64,000 bases of DNA. Source: Lama glama. Taxonomy: Eukaryota. The translations under genes were made by a program, and so were the position numbers. Positions within the stretch are counted from its first letter, which is position 1. Every line of letters begins with the position of its first letter. The stretch covers positions 29,204,001 to 29,268,000 of the forward strand of contig CM052817.1 in NCBI GenBank assembly GCA_028534125.1, given 5' to 3'. Shown one piece after another: positions 50,263 to 63,189 of the stretch. The notes beneath the pieces are model-generated. The model was not told where the DNA came from and ran no database searches. It saw only the letters and a program-made list of their open reading frames with translations.

Positions 50263-53200
50263 ATTGTCTAATGAGGCTTAGAGTGTGAGAGATGAAGGGT
50301 GCCCTGGAACCTGGGGCTTCTTTAAGTTACAGTCGTGAACAGGGTTAAAGGACCTAATGAGATTTGCCGATTTCAAGGCAGATAATAGTAACGGAGTTGG
50401 GATGTAGAGAGGGAAGCCCCACATAGGAGTGGAGATCTCAATGACAAGCAGAAGTGGCCTTACTTCAATCTGGAAGAATAGGAAAGGGGTTCGAGTAGAG
50501 GGAAGAGCAGGGGGCAAAGCTTGGCATCACGGCCAGCGTGTCTGGAGTATAATGAACGAGGGAGGCTAGCTGAGTAAGGTAGACAGGAACTGGATGAAGT
50601 GTCTTTTAGGCTGAGCTCCTATTTTATTAATATTATGAATTATCTAGATAGGAATCTTTGGAGAATAAAAGGTGGTTCTTACTGAATATGCTCTGACAAG
50701 AAGTAAACCTGGCCTGTCTCGGGCACCCTGGGGTGGAAGATCATCTGAACTTTGAAGCAGATAAGCGACTAAATTGCTGTAGTTAGACAGCCTTATTTAC
50801 ATTGTCCACCTGATGGCAGTGTAGGACAAGACAGGGTATTTCCCTGCCTATCTGACCTGATGCTGACATTTTCAGGAAGCCTGTGTATGTTTCCAAAATC
50901 CTCTGCAATTTGTTAATTGTATTCATGGAATGCATCCATACATCTTTATTTTGGGAGAACACTTACGGAGACTGTAAAAAAAATAAAAATAAAAAATAAA
51001 AAACCCCAGAACACCCACCCTAATGGATAAACAGTCTTTTATTCAGAATGGATGGAAACACTTCTCAAAATGCTAGTCAGCCTTCCTTACAAGGAAAGCC
51101 TTGCTGCTCTAGGACAAGATCACGGACAAGGTGTATACATTTAAAAGTCAGTTAGGGACTAAGAGCTGGCTCTTCTTTGGGTTGTTGCTCAGTCAGCCTA
51201 ACACAGTAAATTTAGGTTTGTTTGAGAGTCGAGATGGCTAAATCAGAATGCCTTTTAACTCCACCTTAGAAATTTAATGCCGGACTTTCCTTAAATGGTG
51301 GTGTCTAGACTCTGTTATTGGCTGTGAGATGGGCCAGTGTAGGAGTCAGAGCCACCAAGGGCCTCTTGATGGGAAGCACAGATAGGTCAATTGTCATCAC
51401 CAAGAAAGTCCAGGAACAGCCAGGCAGGCAGGTGGCTTTCTTGGCAGGTTAGTGGTACGTGGCAGGAGAAGCATTTGGCAGCAAGTAATAGATGAAGCTC
51501 CAGGAAATTTGTTTACGTCTGGGGAACCTTCATGACAGCGAAGGGTCTTAATCACACGAACAGGGATTTAGTCCTTGGATAAGGAAGAGCAGTTATTTTT
51601 AATCACATCTCCCCAGCTACTGTGCTCAAGGGTGAGAGTTACTGGAATAGTGACCAATTCCCTCTCATTATCTCTGGTAGAGGCTCAGGATGGCCTCTGT
51701 GGAGTTGGACGTGGATTCTGAACAGATGGATGAAGGCTAGGACCAGACAAATATGGACGGACCATCACACTACAGCACTAATAACTTCTGCTTAAACAGC
51801 CGTGGGCTTTGCTGTGGCCCATTAACCTCCAAAACCATGAGGAGTCCCTTCTGTGGTGCAACAATAATCAGGATTCATTCTCTTGTCAGGTAGCATGCAT
51901 GATAAGGACCCAAACATGAGATGGGATCTTCAGGAGTTCAGCTAGGACACTTACTTGACACCAGGAGATTGACTCGGGGGCTCAGAAAGTAGGATTTCTA
52001 AAGGCCTAGAGCTGAGCAGACCAAGAGTCACCAAACCTACGTTTTACTTCTTTAAACTAATCTCCCTATTACTCAGCTAAGAGAAAAATAAGATGTGTTT
52101 CTGTAGCATATTCGGTATTATCACATACACAGAAATCTGCGAAAATCTGGCAAAATGTTAGACAAACATAAAAGCTGCTTTAATGAAATTTAGCCCTATT
52201 ACTGGATTTCCCTTTGGCTTGCCTTTTTCTCTTGGCACTGTGCAGGTGGGCATGCAAATGCTCACAGTGGAGTTAAACATTGTTATTAATAGCAAATCCT
52301 TCCTTAATTCTTAGCTAGAAAGAATCCATTCCCTTTCCAGAAGCGCAGTAGTTAATTTTATCGTTCATTTACTGCCTAAGACTTTTGCCATTATGATGAT
52401 TATTTTTCTAGCTAATAATAATTACAATCAGGGTGCTTAAAAATGCAAAGATATTTTGGGGAGAAAGAGAGGATAAAAATAGTATGTCTTGAAAGAATTG
52501 TAGGATACAAAATTCATCTTTCCTCTTGTGAACTCTGATATATTTGAAGTTTCCTCCATTTTCATTCTTAGGTAAAAAGTAATGCTGGCTGTACAAATCC
52601 ATCTTTAGTGTGATTTTTTTTTTTTTAAAGTGAAGATATCAAGAGTTTTTCAGTGTTGGCTTAGGCTTGACCTGTGACGGGAGCCTGTTATCAATTATAC
52701 AGAAGTTTTAGAAAATGTTCATTCCAGTTACATAATATGCACACTTATTAAAGTCATACAGTGCTTTCTTCTAGGAAGATCAAAGTGGTGTTCAGAGAAC
52801 TATCATAAAATGAATACTAACTCCTTTCATGCCATAAAGAGTCTGATGACTAAATGGGGGAGAAGACACAAGGCAGAGCTGCAAGGTAAGAGAAATGCAG
52901 AAAAGCACAGAATATGTGAAGAGGAGGAGTGCAGAAAGTATCTTTCAGAAGATACTATACAGCATCTTTTAGTCTTCTTTGTGTATTTGAAAAGCTGGAG
53001 CTCTGTGTGATAGTGAAAGAGATAATTGCATATTAGGTTTTTGAATTGTGACATTACAGTTAAAATGCTTTTCACTTCTTAAGCAGCAATTCTGGCAGGG
53101 GTAAAAATCAGAAGATAGGTGCACAGCAGTAACTTTTAATACTGGGGAAAATAAGAAAAAAAAGTCAAGAAGTCACGGTCGATTTGCCTTATTGCTTCAC

Positions 53201-53502
53201 CTCACGGCTAATGCAGCTTTATGATAACGATGCTAATGATGGATCTGTCCCTTCAAACAAAACTGAAAGCTACCTTCCTATAAAATTATCTGAATTGAAT
53301 GAAGCAAAATTGGGAATTCTATGGCCATTTTCTTATTGGCTGCTTCTTGTGTTAGCTTTGGAATTCACAAATGACTAGCTGTATGTCGATGAACTGCTTT
53401 CTCTGGAATTTAAAATGTAGATAAAGTGGGTGTTTGTGAAAATTTTATTTGCTTAACGGCTGGCACCAGAATTAACTCGGGAAGACACATTTTTGTTTGG
53501 AA

Positions 53503-53860
53503 CAGTGGTTTCCGACTGGTTACCCGCAGGCCTTAAGCAGCCTACAGACATAATGACCTGAATGATAGATATTAAAATAAGCCAGTATTTTAAACATAAG
53601 AAATTGTACACACATTTTGGATTCCAGATTTTTTAAAAAGCCAGATCAAATACTTTTTGTAGCTAACGGTTACAGCCGTCCCTTTAGACTGGGCGTGCCC
53701 TTTTCTGTTTGTTATGGTCGCAGTCAATTCCTGTTAGCTTCCTAACACTGGTGGAATATATCAGTTGCTATATTTCATTGAATTTGCATTACTTTTTACT
53801 GGCATCCAGTTTATTTTAGTTATTCCTCTCTCCTTGGGAAGCATATGTATTTTTACCCAC
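53503..53860 (+). mobile_element. MER102/Charlie-type hAT element
   Basis: 'cagtggtttccgactggttacccgcaggcc...ggattccag...gccgtccctttagactgggcgtgcc...cctaacactg...tcagttgc'. Confidence 0.65.
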
Positions 53861-54719
53861 TTTTATTTTAGGAAAATGCCTTTATAAAGGGTAATACATA
53901 CCTTGAGGACAGGAGCCAAGCAAATATGGTTCAGTTGAGAGAGAAAACAAAATTTGATCTCTGCTTCTAAGAAGGAAGAGGAGAGGAAAAGGAAGGGGAA
54001 AAGAGAGGAGAGCTATTTCTAAAAGCATTTGTAGCACTAGGAGTGCACTAGGAGTACAATGTGGGGTGGGTTGGCCCAGGAAACTTCCCTGGTGTTAGAA
54101 AGGCCATGGGTCCTTTCAACAGGAGGGTCATCTGATCATCAGATCCTCATTTGTGTTAGTTTATGAGACGGCTGGATAGTCCATTAACTGAGAACTTTCT
54201 GTTGAACCATAAAGCCAGAAACCAGAGTAAAAAGGCCAAGAGTGTTAGCCCAAGGAAAGTAGAGGGAAGCCTTTTGTCTTGTACAGGGTTTAGAATGGAG
54301 TTTCAAGGAGACTTTATTTAGATTTCAGGGAGGTAGCAGATCCCTTTTGATGTGTTTTTACATTATGATTTCCCTTTGGATTATAAAGTCCTTTGCATAA
54401 ATGTACAGTTTGAGAGCTTTGAGAAGAAGGTAGTAGTAAAGAACTGGATTCACTAAAAAGTATCCATTAAAAGTGAGTCACGTTATATTAACCTTACTTC
54501 TGTCTTCGAGAGTGGATTAGGAAAATGTGGCAGTGTATGTGGACATCAGTTTTTCACAAAGATTCATGATATCAAATAATAGGCTGGAAGTTATGATTAC
54601 ATAGTTACCAACTATTCAGAAAACTGTTAGAATTCCCCTCAGATTATGTTTGTTGATTAAATATTGAGTCAATGGTATCTGAAGGTGGATAGTTGTAAAA
54701 CTGTGAGAGTTCCCCAGAA

Positions 54720-55150
54720 GCAAGAATCCGTTGAATTGAAAATATTTATTAAATTATTTAGAGATAAAAAATAATTCTTATCAAAATTTCAGATGACTTC
54801 AGGCTGGAAATGAAATTGAAATTTATTCTATGAGAGCCTGATTCATATCTCTATAGGTTTAAATACAAATAAACATAAGAGCTTCTCTAGTAAGATAAAA
54901 TTCCATAGTGTCCTGAACTTACCAATATGGCTTGATAGCAATATAGATGAAAAAAAACGCTTACGTATCTTGTAGGAAGGTAAGCTCATTATGAGTTAAT
55001 ACTTTTATATGACTGTCAGAATGATGGTGTTAGTCTTAGAATCTATCAAGAGAAACACAGGCATCTATAACAGGTATGAAAAATTGATTTCATTTCATAT
55101 GTCAACTCTGATTAGTGACAGGTTCTGCTTAGAATGCAGTGTTGAGGGGG
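54720..55150 (+). mobile_element. L3/CR1 LINE RT-region fragment
   Basis: 'cttatcaaaatttcagatgacttcaggctgg' (degenerate K-F-A-D-D motif), 'aagctcattatgagttaa', 'tcttagaatctatcaagagaa', 'ttagaatgcagtgtt'. Confidence 0.65.
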
Positions 55151-55759
55151 AATCTGAGACTCTGTTTAGGCTTGGCAGGAGAGCATTGCCGTCAACTGGT
55201 GACACCTGGCACGGCCACATCATGGGAGGGTGACATTTTATGCACCTGCTGTCCTAGGTGGAGAATGAGAGAGGTGGTGGGATAAGCCTCATTTTGCTTT
55301 GTGATTGCTATATGGCATTGGAAACCTTTATTTTTGTGACAACTTTCACTCTTAAAACTGGTTTGAGTTTTCATAATGTATGTGATTTAAATCGTCACAT
55401 TGTACAACCTAATTGTATATAATTTTTATTTGCCTATTATACCTCAGTAGGCTGGAAAAGAAAAATTTCAGTCTTTGTCATTCTTAGATGGGGTGAGTGG
55501 AAGAGGGAAATGAGACCTTGAAATTGTCGGTAGTGCCTTTTTTCAAAAACAGCCTTTTTTGTTGTTGTTTCTGGTACTTTTGTTGTTGTTTCTTTGGTAC
55601 TTTTTCACTTTTTTTTTTTTTACCAGCTTCCTGGCTACACACTGCCTCTTCTTTTTGTTGATATGTTGTTGTCTTCTGTGGTCTTTGACCTCAAACCTCC
55701 TATTCTGGTAATTTTTATCTTGTATCAAGAGGAGAAATTCTCTATCCTTGTCCCCAAGG

Positions 55760-55950
55760 CAGTGGTTCCCAATCCGGGGTGACTTCGACCTGCAGAGGAT
55801 GCTATTCTTGGTTATCACAACTGAACAGCTGCCACTGGCACCTAGGGGCTAGAGGCCAGGGATGATGCTAAATATCCTGAAATGCACAGGGCCCTCAACT
55901 GTGAGGAATTATCCAGCCCCAGGTAATTGTGCCAGTGTTGATAAACCTTA
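55760..55950 (+). mobile_element. MER20
   Basis: 'cagtggttcccaatccgggg...ttggttatcacaactg...ctagaggccagggatgatgctaaatatcctgaaatgcacagg...aattatccagccc...gttgataaacc'. Confidence 0.85.
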
Positions 55951-56129
55951 CCCGAAAATACCCATCCTGCTTTCTCAGTCAAAAACAGGCTGGCCCGAAT
56001 TAGTCACTGCTTCAGAAACTAAGATCAGCTGGCATCTGGCATAAATTGTCCTTATTACAAATTGTTCTCTTGTTATAATCTGCTACCCTTTTGACGTGAG
56101 AGAACATCGGCTACTTAAATAGCTGTATT

Positions 56130-56330
56130 ATGAAAAACAGTACAATATAAAAGATAGACTGTGAACTAGACTTAGTTCAAATCCAAATTCCCCCACTCAT
56201 GAGTTGTATACCGTAGTTTCCACTTTTTAGAATACCACCACTACCAGTAATAAGGTAATATATAGTCCTAATAATAGCACTTACCACATAGTGTTGTTTT
56301 AAGAATTAAATGAATGAATACGTGCGTGTG
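56130..56330 (+). mobile_element. MIR fragment
   Basis: 'agttcaaatcc...aataatagcacttaccacatagtgttgttttaagaattaaatga'. Confidence 0.6.
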
Positions 56331-56579
56331 TAATGTGTATACATAGCCAGAATGGCTGTGCTAAGCTTAGATTGCATCGAGAGAATGCAATCTAAGTATT
56401 TTTGATTTAAGGCAGTATATTTGATTTAAGGCAGTAGGTGCTATATTAGTAGTATTCATCCTGAGGGTCTTTTTTTTTCTCAAATAATTCCATTTATTTC
56501 AACTCTCTAACAAAGAACGTGGTTTGTAGCCCACAAAATTGGGTCACTAATTTCAAGTGGTATCTTTCTTCTGATGAGC

Positions 56580-56794
56580 CATCAAGGGAGGGAGTCAGTA
56601 GAGAGTCGGCTAGAAAGATGGAAGTTAGAATCTCATTGAATGTAATAACAGAAATGATATCTCCTCACTGTTATCGTAGTTATTGCTTAGAGGCATGCCA
56701 TAGTTCCTATGCACAATCTAAGGGGGGCGATTACGTAAGGCTGTGCAATCCAGAAGGTTAGGGAAGTTGGGCACCATTTTATTGTGACTGTACA
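56580..56794 (-). mobile_element. MLT1 (G/H-like) LTR fragment
   Basis: 'gctagaaagatggaagttaga...taataacagaaatgatatc...ttagaggca...aggggggcgatta...ggcaccatttt'. Confidence 0.6.
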
Positions 56795-56799
56795 TCTTG

Positions 56800-57795
56800 T
56801 CCTTTTTTTGTGTATGTTCCTTATTTACCTGAAATTAATGTTTATTCCTCAATTGGTGGACATAGTGTTATATATGTGCTAATTAGATCAGGTTTGTGAT
56901 CACATTGTTAAAATTTTCTGTAGCTTTGTATCTTCTATGGTTGGTTGTAAGCCATATTGTTAGGAATATACAAATATAGACTCTCAAAATTCTGAATTTA
57001 TATCTCTCTGGTTCATTTATATTATAATTTGAAGTGCTTGTCTCTTTATCTCCAATTTTGCTTCTTAAAGCTAACTTTTTATTGTATTAATAAAGGTTCA
57101 TTAGTTGTCTTTGACTTTATTTGTTCATCTTTTCTGAAAAATTCCTTTCAACCTTTGTGCGGCCTTATGTTGAAATTGTCACTTATAAGCAGTGCATACT
57201 TAAAAAAAATCTAATTGACAATAATTATATTCTTCTCTTTGCTTTTCATGTATTTCTGATATATTTAGTTTAAAACTTATCCTTATTATTTGTATTGTAT
57301 TTGTTTCACATTTTGCATGTTTCCTTTTCTTTTTCTTCTTCCTTTTTCCTTCTTTTGAGTTTAATATTTTTTGTTATTCAATTTTTTTCCCTATTAGCTT
57401 ATTGGTTATACATTATTTTAGATGCATTTAGTGGCTGCCTAGATAATGCATCATGAATGTTCGTGTTGTTACTATCTTATATGAATTGGTTCTTTCACCA
57501 ATTCTTGCATAATGGAAGACTAATTCCTTTTTTTTCTTTTGCCTTGAGTGCTGTTATTACCTGTTTTGTGATTACAATATTTGTGAATTTTAGAATTCAT
57601 TATTAAAATAGTTGTGAACATTCACTGTTCTTTTAGATTTACCCACATGGTTAATGTCTCCATTGCTTTGTGTTTTACTTCCGTACCTTGCATCAATCTG
57701 ATATTATTTTCCCTCTGTCTGAAGAACTGTCTTTAATCTGGTTGTCTAAGGACAAATTCTCTTTTGTCTGTCATTAAATATCCTTATTTTGCTTT
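56800..57795 (-). mobile_element. Old L1ME/L1M ORF2-region fragment
   Basis: 'atattgttaggaatatacaaat...cttataagcagtgcata...atctaattgacaat...tttagatttacccacatg...tttccctctgtctgaagaact'. Confidence 0.65.
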
Positions 57796-57799
57796 GGCC

Positions 57800-58045
57800 T
57801 GTGATAAACTTTTTCTCTACCTACTTAGGTTCTTCTATTGAAGGTCTGTGAATCAAACTGACAAAAGACAAATTGTCACAAGAAAAGATGGATTTTTAAA
57901 AATTCAAATGGATATTAAGAGTTCACATAAAAATGTGACTCAAGGAAGAGATTAGGATTTCAGGCTTTATATCAGCATCTTAATAGGGTAGACAGAAGGA
58001 AGAAGGGCCCTTATGGGAAAACAAATGACTTTCAGGAAAGAGAAT
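57800..58045 (-). mobile_element. ERV1 LTR fragment (MER34/MER39-like)
   Basis: 'ttttctctacctacttaggttc...aaactgacaaaagacaaatt...aaaacaaatgacttt'. Confidence 0.6.
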
Positions 58046-58344
58046 TCTCATTTAGAATTTGAGACTTGTGGCTTCTTGTTCAAATTTATTTTTAGTCAAG
58101 ATTTAATAAAATTATTAAAGCTTATAATAATAATAATTTATTTGCATTCCACAAATGTAAGTTCAGACCAACATATTATGCTATGGAATTAAAGCCAACA
58201 TTTCTAAGTTTTGGGCATAAATGTAGCTTTTAAGCCACCCTTCTTATCCTGTACTTTTTACATTCAGTTATAGAAAATGCTGCCTTTTAGTGATACTGTT
58301 TGGGTATATTTCTTATCATAACTAATTTTTCCTTTGTGGTAATT

Positions 58345-58597
58345 GAAACATTGTGCTGAGTAAATGGTAAAGATATAGACACTGGAGCCAGGCAGGCTGA
58401 ATTCTATCTGTCTTACCTTCAGCAAGTTACTTAAGATCTCTTTGCCTCTGTTTTCTGTATATACATGGTATATATACATGATATATAACGTGATAATAAT
58501 AGTGAATTTTAATGTGATTTTTGTGACAATTAAATGCATTCATATATTTAAAAGCACTTAGAACACTGGCTAGGTCACTAGTAGGTCTTAATTATCC
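58345..58597 (+). mobile_element. MIR SINE
   Basis: 'atggtaaagatatagacactggagccaggcag...agcaagttacttaa...tttgcctctgtttt...aaagcacttagaaca'. Confidence 0.8.
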
Positions 58598-59384
58598 ATA
58601 GCTTTGGAAAGTTATATTTCCTGTAAACTCAGAACAGAAACTATGTAACTGTTTCATGCAAGACCAAAACCCTTCTTTTTAAAATCAAGAGTCACCGGCA
58701 TTTTTCAAAAAAGAAGGAAACATATTATAGAAAACTTTTTTTTATTGATTTAAAGTTTCAAAACACTAGACAAGAATGATTTATGAGTTAGTGCTTGGAG
58801 GCCATGGATTTTCGACTTATCAAATATTCAGGATTAGGGGGAAAAATAATAACTGACTTGGTAAAAAAAAAAAAACATAACTTTTTAAGTTTCACTATAC
58901 CATTCTCCGGACCTTGAGATGTGTGGAATCATTGCAGTAAAATGTTTAAATTTAATTTGAACTCAGAACAATAATATGACTGTGTGGTGAAAAGTACTAC
59001 TGATCTATTAAGATCACCTGCATTATGATAAAGTTGAGATCTCTCAGGGAGGCCATGATCAATAAATGTGTACTTGTTCTAGCTTACTATTTCTGTGTAA
59101 GTTGAGCGCTGAGATTACTTTTTAAGAAATTCACCCTATGGAAAAATGGTAAGACATTTCTAGGATCAGAGTAATAAAAATAGGCATTATTAATTTACTA
59201 ATGGAGATTTTACTTCTAAGTGCTGTGTCATTTGCATAGCTGTTGTTCCATAATTATTGAATTTTAACAGTCTTATGAGTTTCAAGAATATTTCAAATGA
59301 AATATGTGTATGTTCTCATATTTCATATCTATTTTACATGTCAGGGGATATCATTTAGGTATCCTGTGAGTGAGGAGTCTTGAG

Positions 59385-59780
59385 TTGAGTTCCCTCAAAG
59401 CAGAGTTTGAGACAGGGATTAGGTGCATCAGCTTTACTGAGGCTGTGCTCTTCAGGGAAGGTCTGTAAGGAAAGAAGTTAAGCAAGATAGGAGAGTGGAA
59501 GATGATAAGATGTTGTCTCATGTAGAGTGGAACCTTGGCTTAATCCAACAGGAAGGTTTCTGAAGCATAAAATACCCCTTGAGACAAGATGGTCACCCAT
59601 TTGTAACTTGTATCACTCAGTCATTGGCTGTAAGTCATCTTGGGAGTGGAAATAAGGCATAATCCCCATGCTGAGGATGCTCTGGGGGCAATCTCTAGAG
59701 AAGTGAACAGGTCTATTTCATTAGCATCCAACAATCAAAGCAGCTAGGGTGTGGGTTCTCCACCCATTAAAGTATCTGCT
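59385..59780 (-). mobile_element. ERVL LTR (LTR16/LTR33-like)
   Basis: 'gagttccctcaaagcagagtttgagacagggattaggtgca...ctttactgagg'. Confidence 0.55.
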
Positions 59781-60870
59781 CTAAAATAACAAATTACTCT
59801 TGTAGTATTTTCAAACCAGCTAGACTTCTGAAGCATTCAAGCAACGCATACTAATATTGACTTATTTTTTTAAAAAGCTAATATTAGGAAATGTTTTTAA
59901 TATGCTCATATTTTTCTAGAGCAATTTATTTTAGAATGTTGTTGACCTAGGAGGAAAAGAAATTAGAAACAGAAGCTTACTCATTGTGGAGGTACTGTCT
60001 TCAAGAAAATACAGAAGAATGAAATGATGACATTGAAACTCGGTAATAGAATTAGTGAAGTGAATTAGTTTTGTTCCTTTAATGTTTATTTAAAGTTCTT
60101 AAAATGGTTTTAAAATGAGTCATATTTGACGAGTTTAAAGAGGCCCAGAAGCAGAAGAAATCTTATGTGTAACAGGGCAGATTTGGGGTTTATCAAAGGC
60201 TGAACTCTGAAGATTTATAAACTAATTTATTTGGCAATCATTGCAGCTGAATCAGAACTCTTTTTGCAAAAATTTTTTTTTCACACTGCCAGTTTCAATC
60301 ATCTATCTTGAAAATCTAAATGTACCACTACAATGATGGAAGAGAGAAAGTGGTAAGTTCTCTTGAGAAGTGGGAAGATTTGTTTTCAGCTAGCACTTGT
60401 GCTGTAAATCTTCTGGATCTAGGTTTAAAGTGTGGAAATATAAATGGTGGTTGGGCTGCTACTATTTTTGAATACATTACAGAACAAACACTGTCCTTGG
60501 AAGTTGATGTTATTGTAAAGTCAGTTTTAGGTACTAAATATTAATAAGTGCCTTTCAATCTTATACTTTAGTATCTTCAGAATGCAAATATATGTATATG
60601 TGTGTGTGTATGTATATATATATTTCTAATTTGATCTTTATAGCAATTTTGGTAGAGTGGACACATTGTTGTCATAAACCTTTTAGAAATGAGGACTGTC
60701 TTTGAGACACATCCATCGGTAACCCATGGTTCACACAGAAGCAGAGTGACAGAACTCGGTTTCCCACGTGATTGCCGACTTCTTTGTGCAGTCTGTGTTG
60801 GTCAAACCACATACTAGATTTATAGCCTGTGTTTTTGCCCCTTACATCCTTTTATCTCTGCACCATGTAC

Positions 60871-61435
60871 TTTTTTTTTTATTGAAGTGCAGTCAGTTAT
60901 AGTGTGCCAATTTCTGGTGTATAGCACAATGTCCCCGTCATGCACATACACACATATATTCATTTTCATATTCTTTTTCATTAAAGATTATTATAAGATA
61001 TTAAACATAGTTACATGTGCTATACAGAAAAAACTTTTTTAAAAATCTGTTTTTATATATAGTGACTAATATTTGTAAATCTCAAACTCCCATATTTATC
61101 CCTTCCCACCCCCTTTCCCCAGTAACCATAAGATTGTTAACTATGTATGAGAATCTGTTTCTGTTTTGTAGATGAGTTCATAGTGTCCCTTTTTATTTTT
61201 TTTTTCATTTTTTTTTAGATTCCACATATGAGTGACATATGGTATTTTTATTTCTGGTTTACTTCACTTAGAATGACAATCTCTAGGTTCATCCACGTTG
61301 CTGCAAATGGCATTATTTCATTCTCCATTGTATAAATATACCACAGCTTCTTTATCCAGTCATCTGCTGATGGACATTTAGGTTGCTTCCATGTCTTGGC
61401 TATTGTCTATGGTGCTGCTATGAGCATTGGGTGCA
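60871..61435 (-). mobile_element. Camelid-type L1 3' fragment with 14-bp TSD (1 mismatch)
   Basis: Poly(T) then 'attgaagtgcagtcagtta...agattccacatatgagtga...gctgctatgagcattgggtgca'. TSD TGCACCATGTACTT (60859-60872) and TGCACCATTTACTT (61432-61445). Confidence 0.9.
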
Positions 61436-61944
61436 CCATTTACTTCTATCTCTGCATTGCTTTCAAATCATCTCCTTAAAACACACTGTCTTCCTTAAAG
61501 CCTTTGGTGCTCCCCCATTACCCATGGAATGAAGGCTAAACTCTTAGCAGAATAGTCATCATCCTCAGAATTGGGCATTAATTTGCCTATTCATCTTTAC
61601 ACATGTTATAAGCCACACTGAACTAGCACAAAGTCAGAATCATCTTCAATGCTTTTATCAGATTAAAATATGCCTATTTCTGTTAAGCTGTGTTATATCC
61701 TCTGACATACTCAAAACTATTCAAGCTCTTCATTTCCTAGGATATCATTCATTTTCCTATCCGTGGCTACTAGAACCTGTTATTTATTTAGGACGCAACA
61801 CAGGCCAATACATTATTTTGACAGAAAGGGGTTTCATGCTATAAAGAGAAGGGAGGAGGCTTCCATGTTGAGTAACAAGGAAGTTGAATTGCTAGAATCA
61901 AGTAAGAGGAGCGGAATGAAAGCAAAATGGAGTAGTCAAAAAGG

Positions 61945-62150
61945 ATAGTATTAGTAAATCCTTATGTAGCACTTACTATATGCCTGGTAATATCTACATA
62001 CTTTGCGTGTGTTCACATTTAATACTCACAACTCTATTTCCCTGTTTTTACGATGAGGAAACTGAGGCAGAAAGAAAGTAAATGATTTACCTCAGGTCAC
62101 ACAGATATGGAGTAGGTAAGCTGGAATCTGAACCCAGGAAGGCTGGTTAC
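61945..62150 (-). mobile_element. MIR SINE
   Basis: 'agcacttactatatgcc...tttaatactcacaac...gatgaggaaactgaggcaga...aggtcacacag...gctggaatctgaacccagg'. Confidence 0.85.
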
Positions 62151-63189
62151 ACTGGTACAGTTGATACCCAGGCTATGGTGAGAGAAGCCTCTATTCTAGT
62201 TTCTAGTTCCAGTTCTCATGAGACCCGGATATACTTTGTTTCTTGTCTTTGGATTTTTGTGAGGGTTGAGGGTCTATGGTACATGATAACAGCCTTTTTT
62301 AGTTGAGCTAATTTAAATATATTTCAATGTGTTTCATCCAAAATAGCTTTAGTGAAACTTGCCAATTTCCTTTTTAAAGAAAGTTCTGATGTGATCTCTT
62401 ATTGCAACACCTTTTCCACCATTTTTGTCTGTTGAAACTGCGCTAATACTTCCCAGTCTAACTCAAGTGCTGCTTATTTGTGCTTTTCTGAATTCCAGCC
62501 CCCAGTAAGCATGGCTTTTTCTTCCTCTTTTGTTTTTCTTAGTTCACATCTTATTCTATTTAAGGACTTGAGACATTTTACTTGTGATATTTTAAGTTCT
62601 ATACCTATTTTCCACATCAGTTTGACCCATATGAAATTGTCAACCCTCAAGTATTTTAAATTTACTAAAATGGCAGCTTCATGTTATTCAGTTTAATATG
62701 TTGGAAAAACAACTGACTGGCAGGTGGGTATCTTAGTGACCTTTGTATCCTGAATATCTATAGATGGTGAGGTCTCAGTAAATTTTAAGGGAATTAGGTG
62801 CTTCTTGAGTATTACAGAATTTTAGTAATTTGACAGAATTTTCCCCAAATATTTTCCTGGGGATAATAAAATGTTTAAAAGAATAAACGTCTCCTATATT
62901 TGTGTCCTTTTCCAAAAAACCCTAAAAATAGTTACTCAGTGCTTTTGTGTGTGGATAACCACAATTGGAGACTAATTTCACTGTAAAAAATAAAACAAGC
63001 TCACATTTACTAAAAGTACATTCATTAGGATTTTTGAATTATTTTCTAGTCATATCCAGTCAGATGGGTCAGAATATTATGAATAAACAACATCTCCATC
63101 CCCAAAGTTTGTGGGATGGTAAGGGACCACATATAGATGCAGTTCTTTGGAAGGTCAAAAGAATGGATCTATACCAGGCAGTTATCATG

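Noticed and set aside
51290..51800. Possible ancient Gypsy/ERVL LTR
   Set aside because: Purine- and GC-richer composition is suggestive, but I identified no termini or diagnostic motif.
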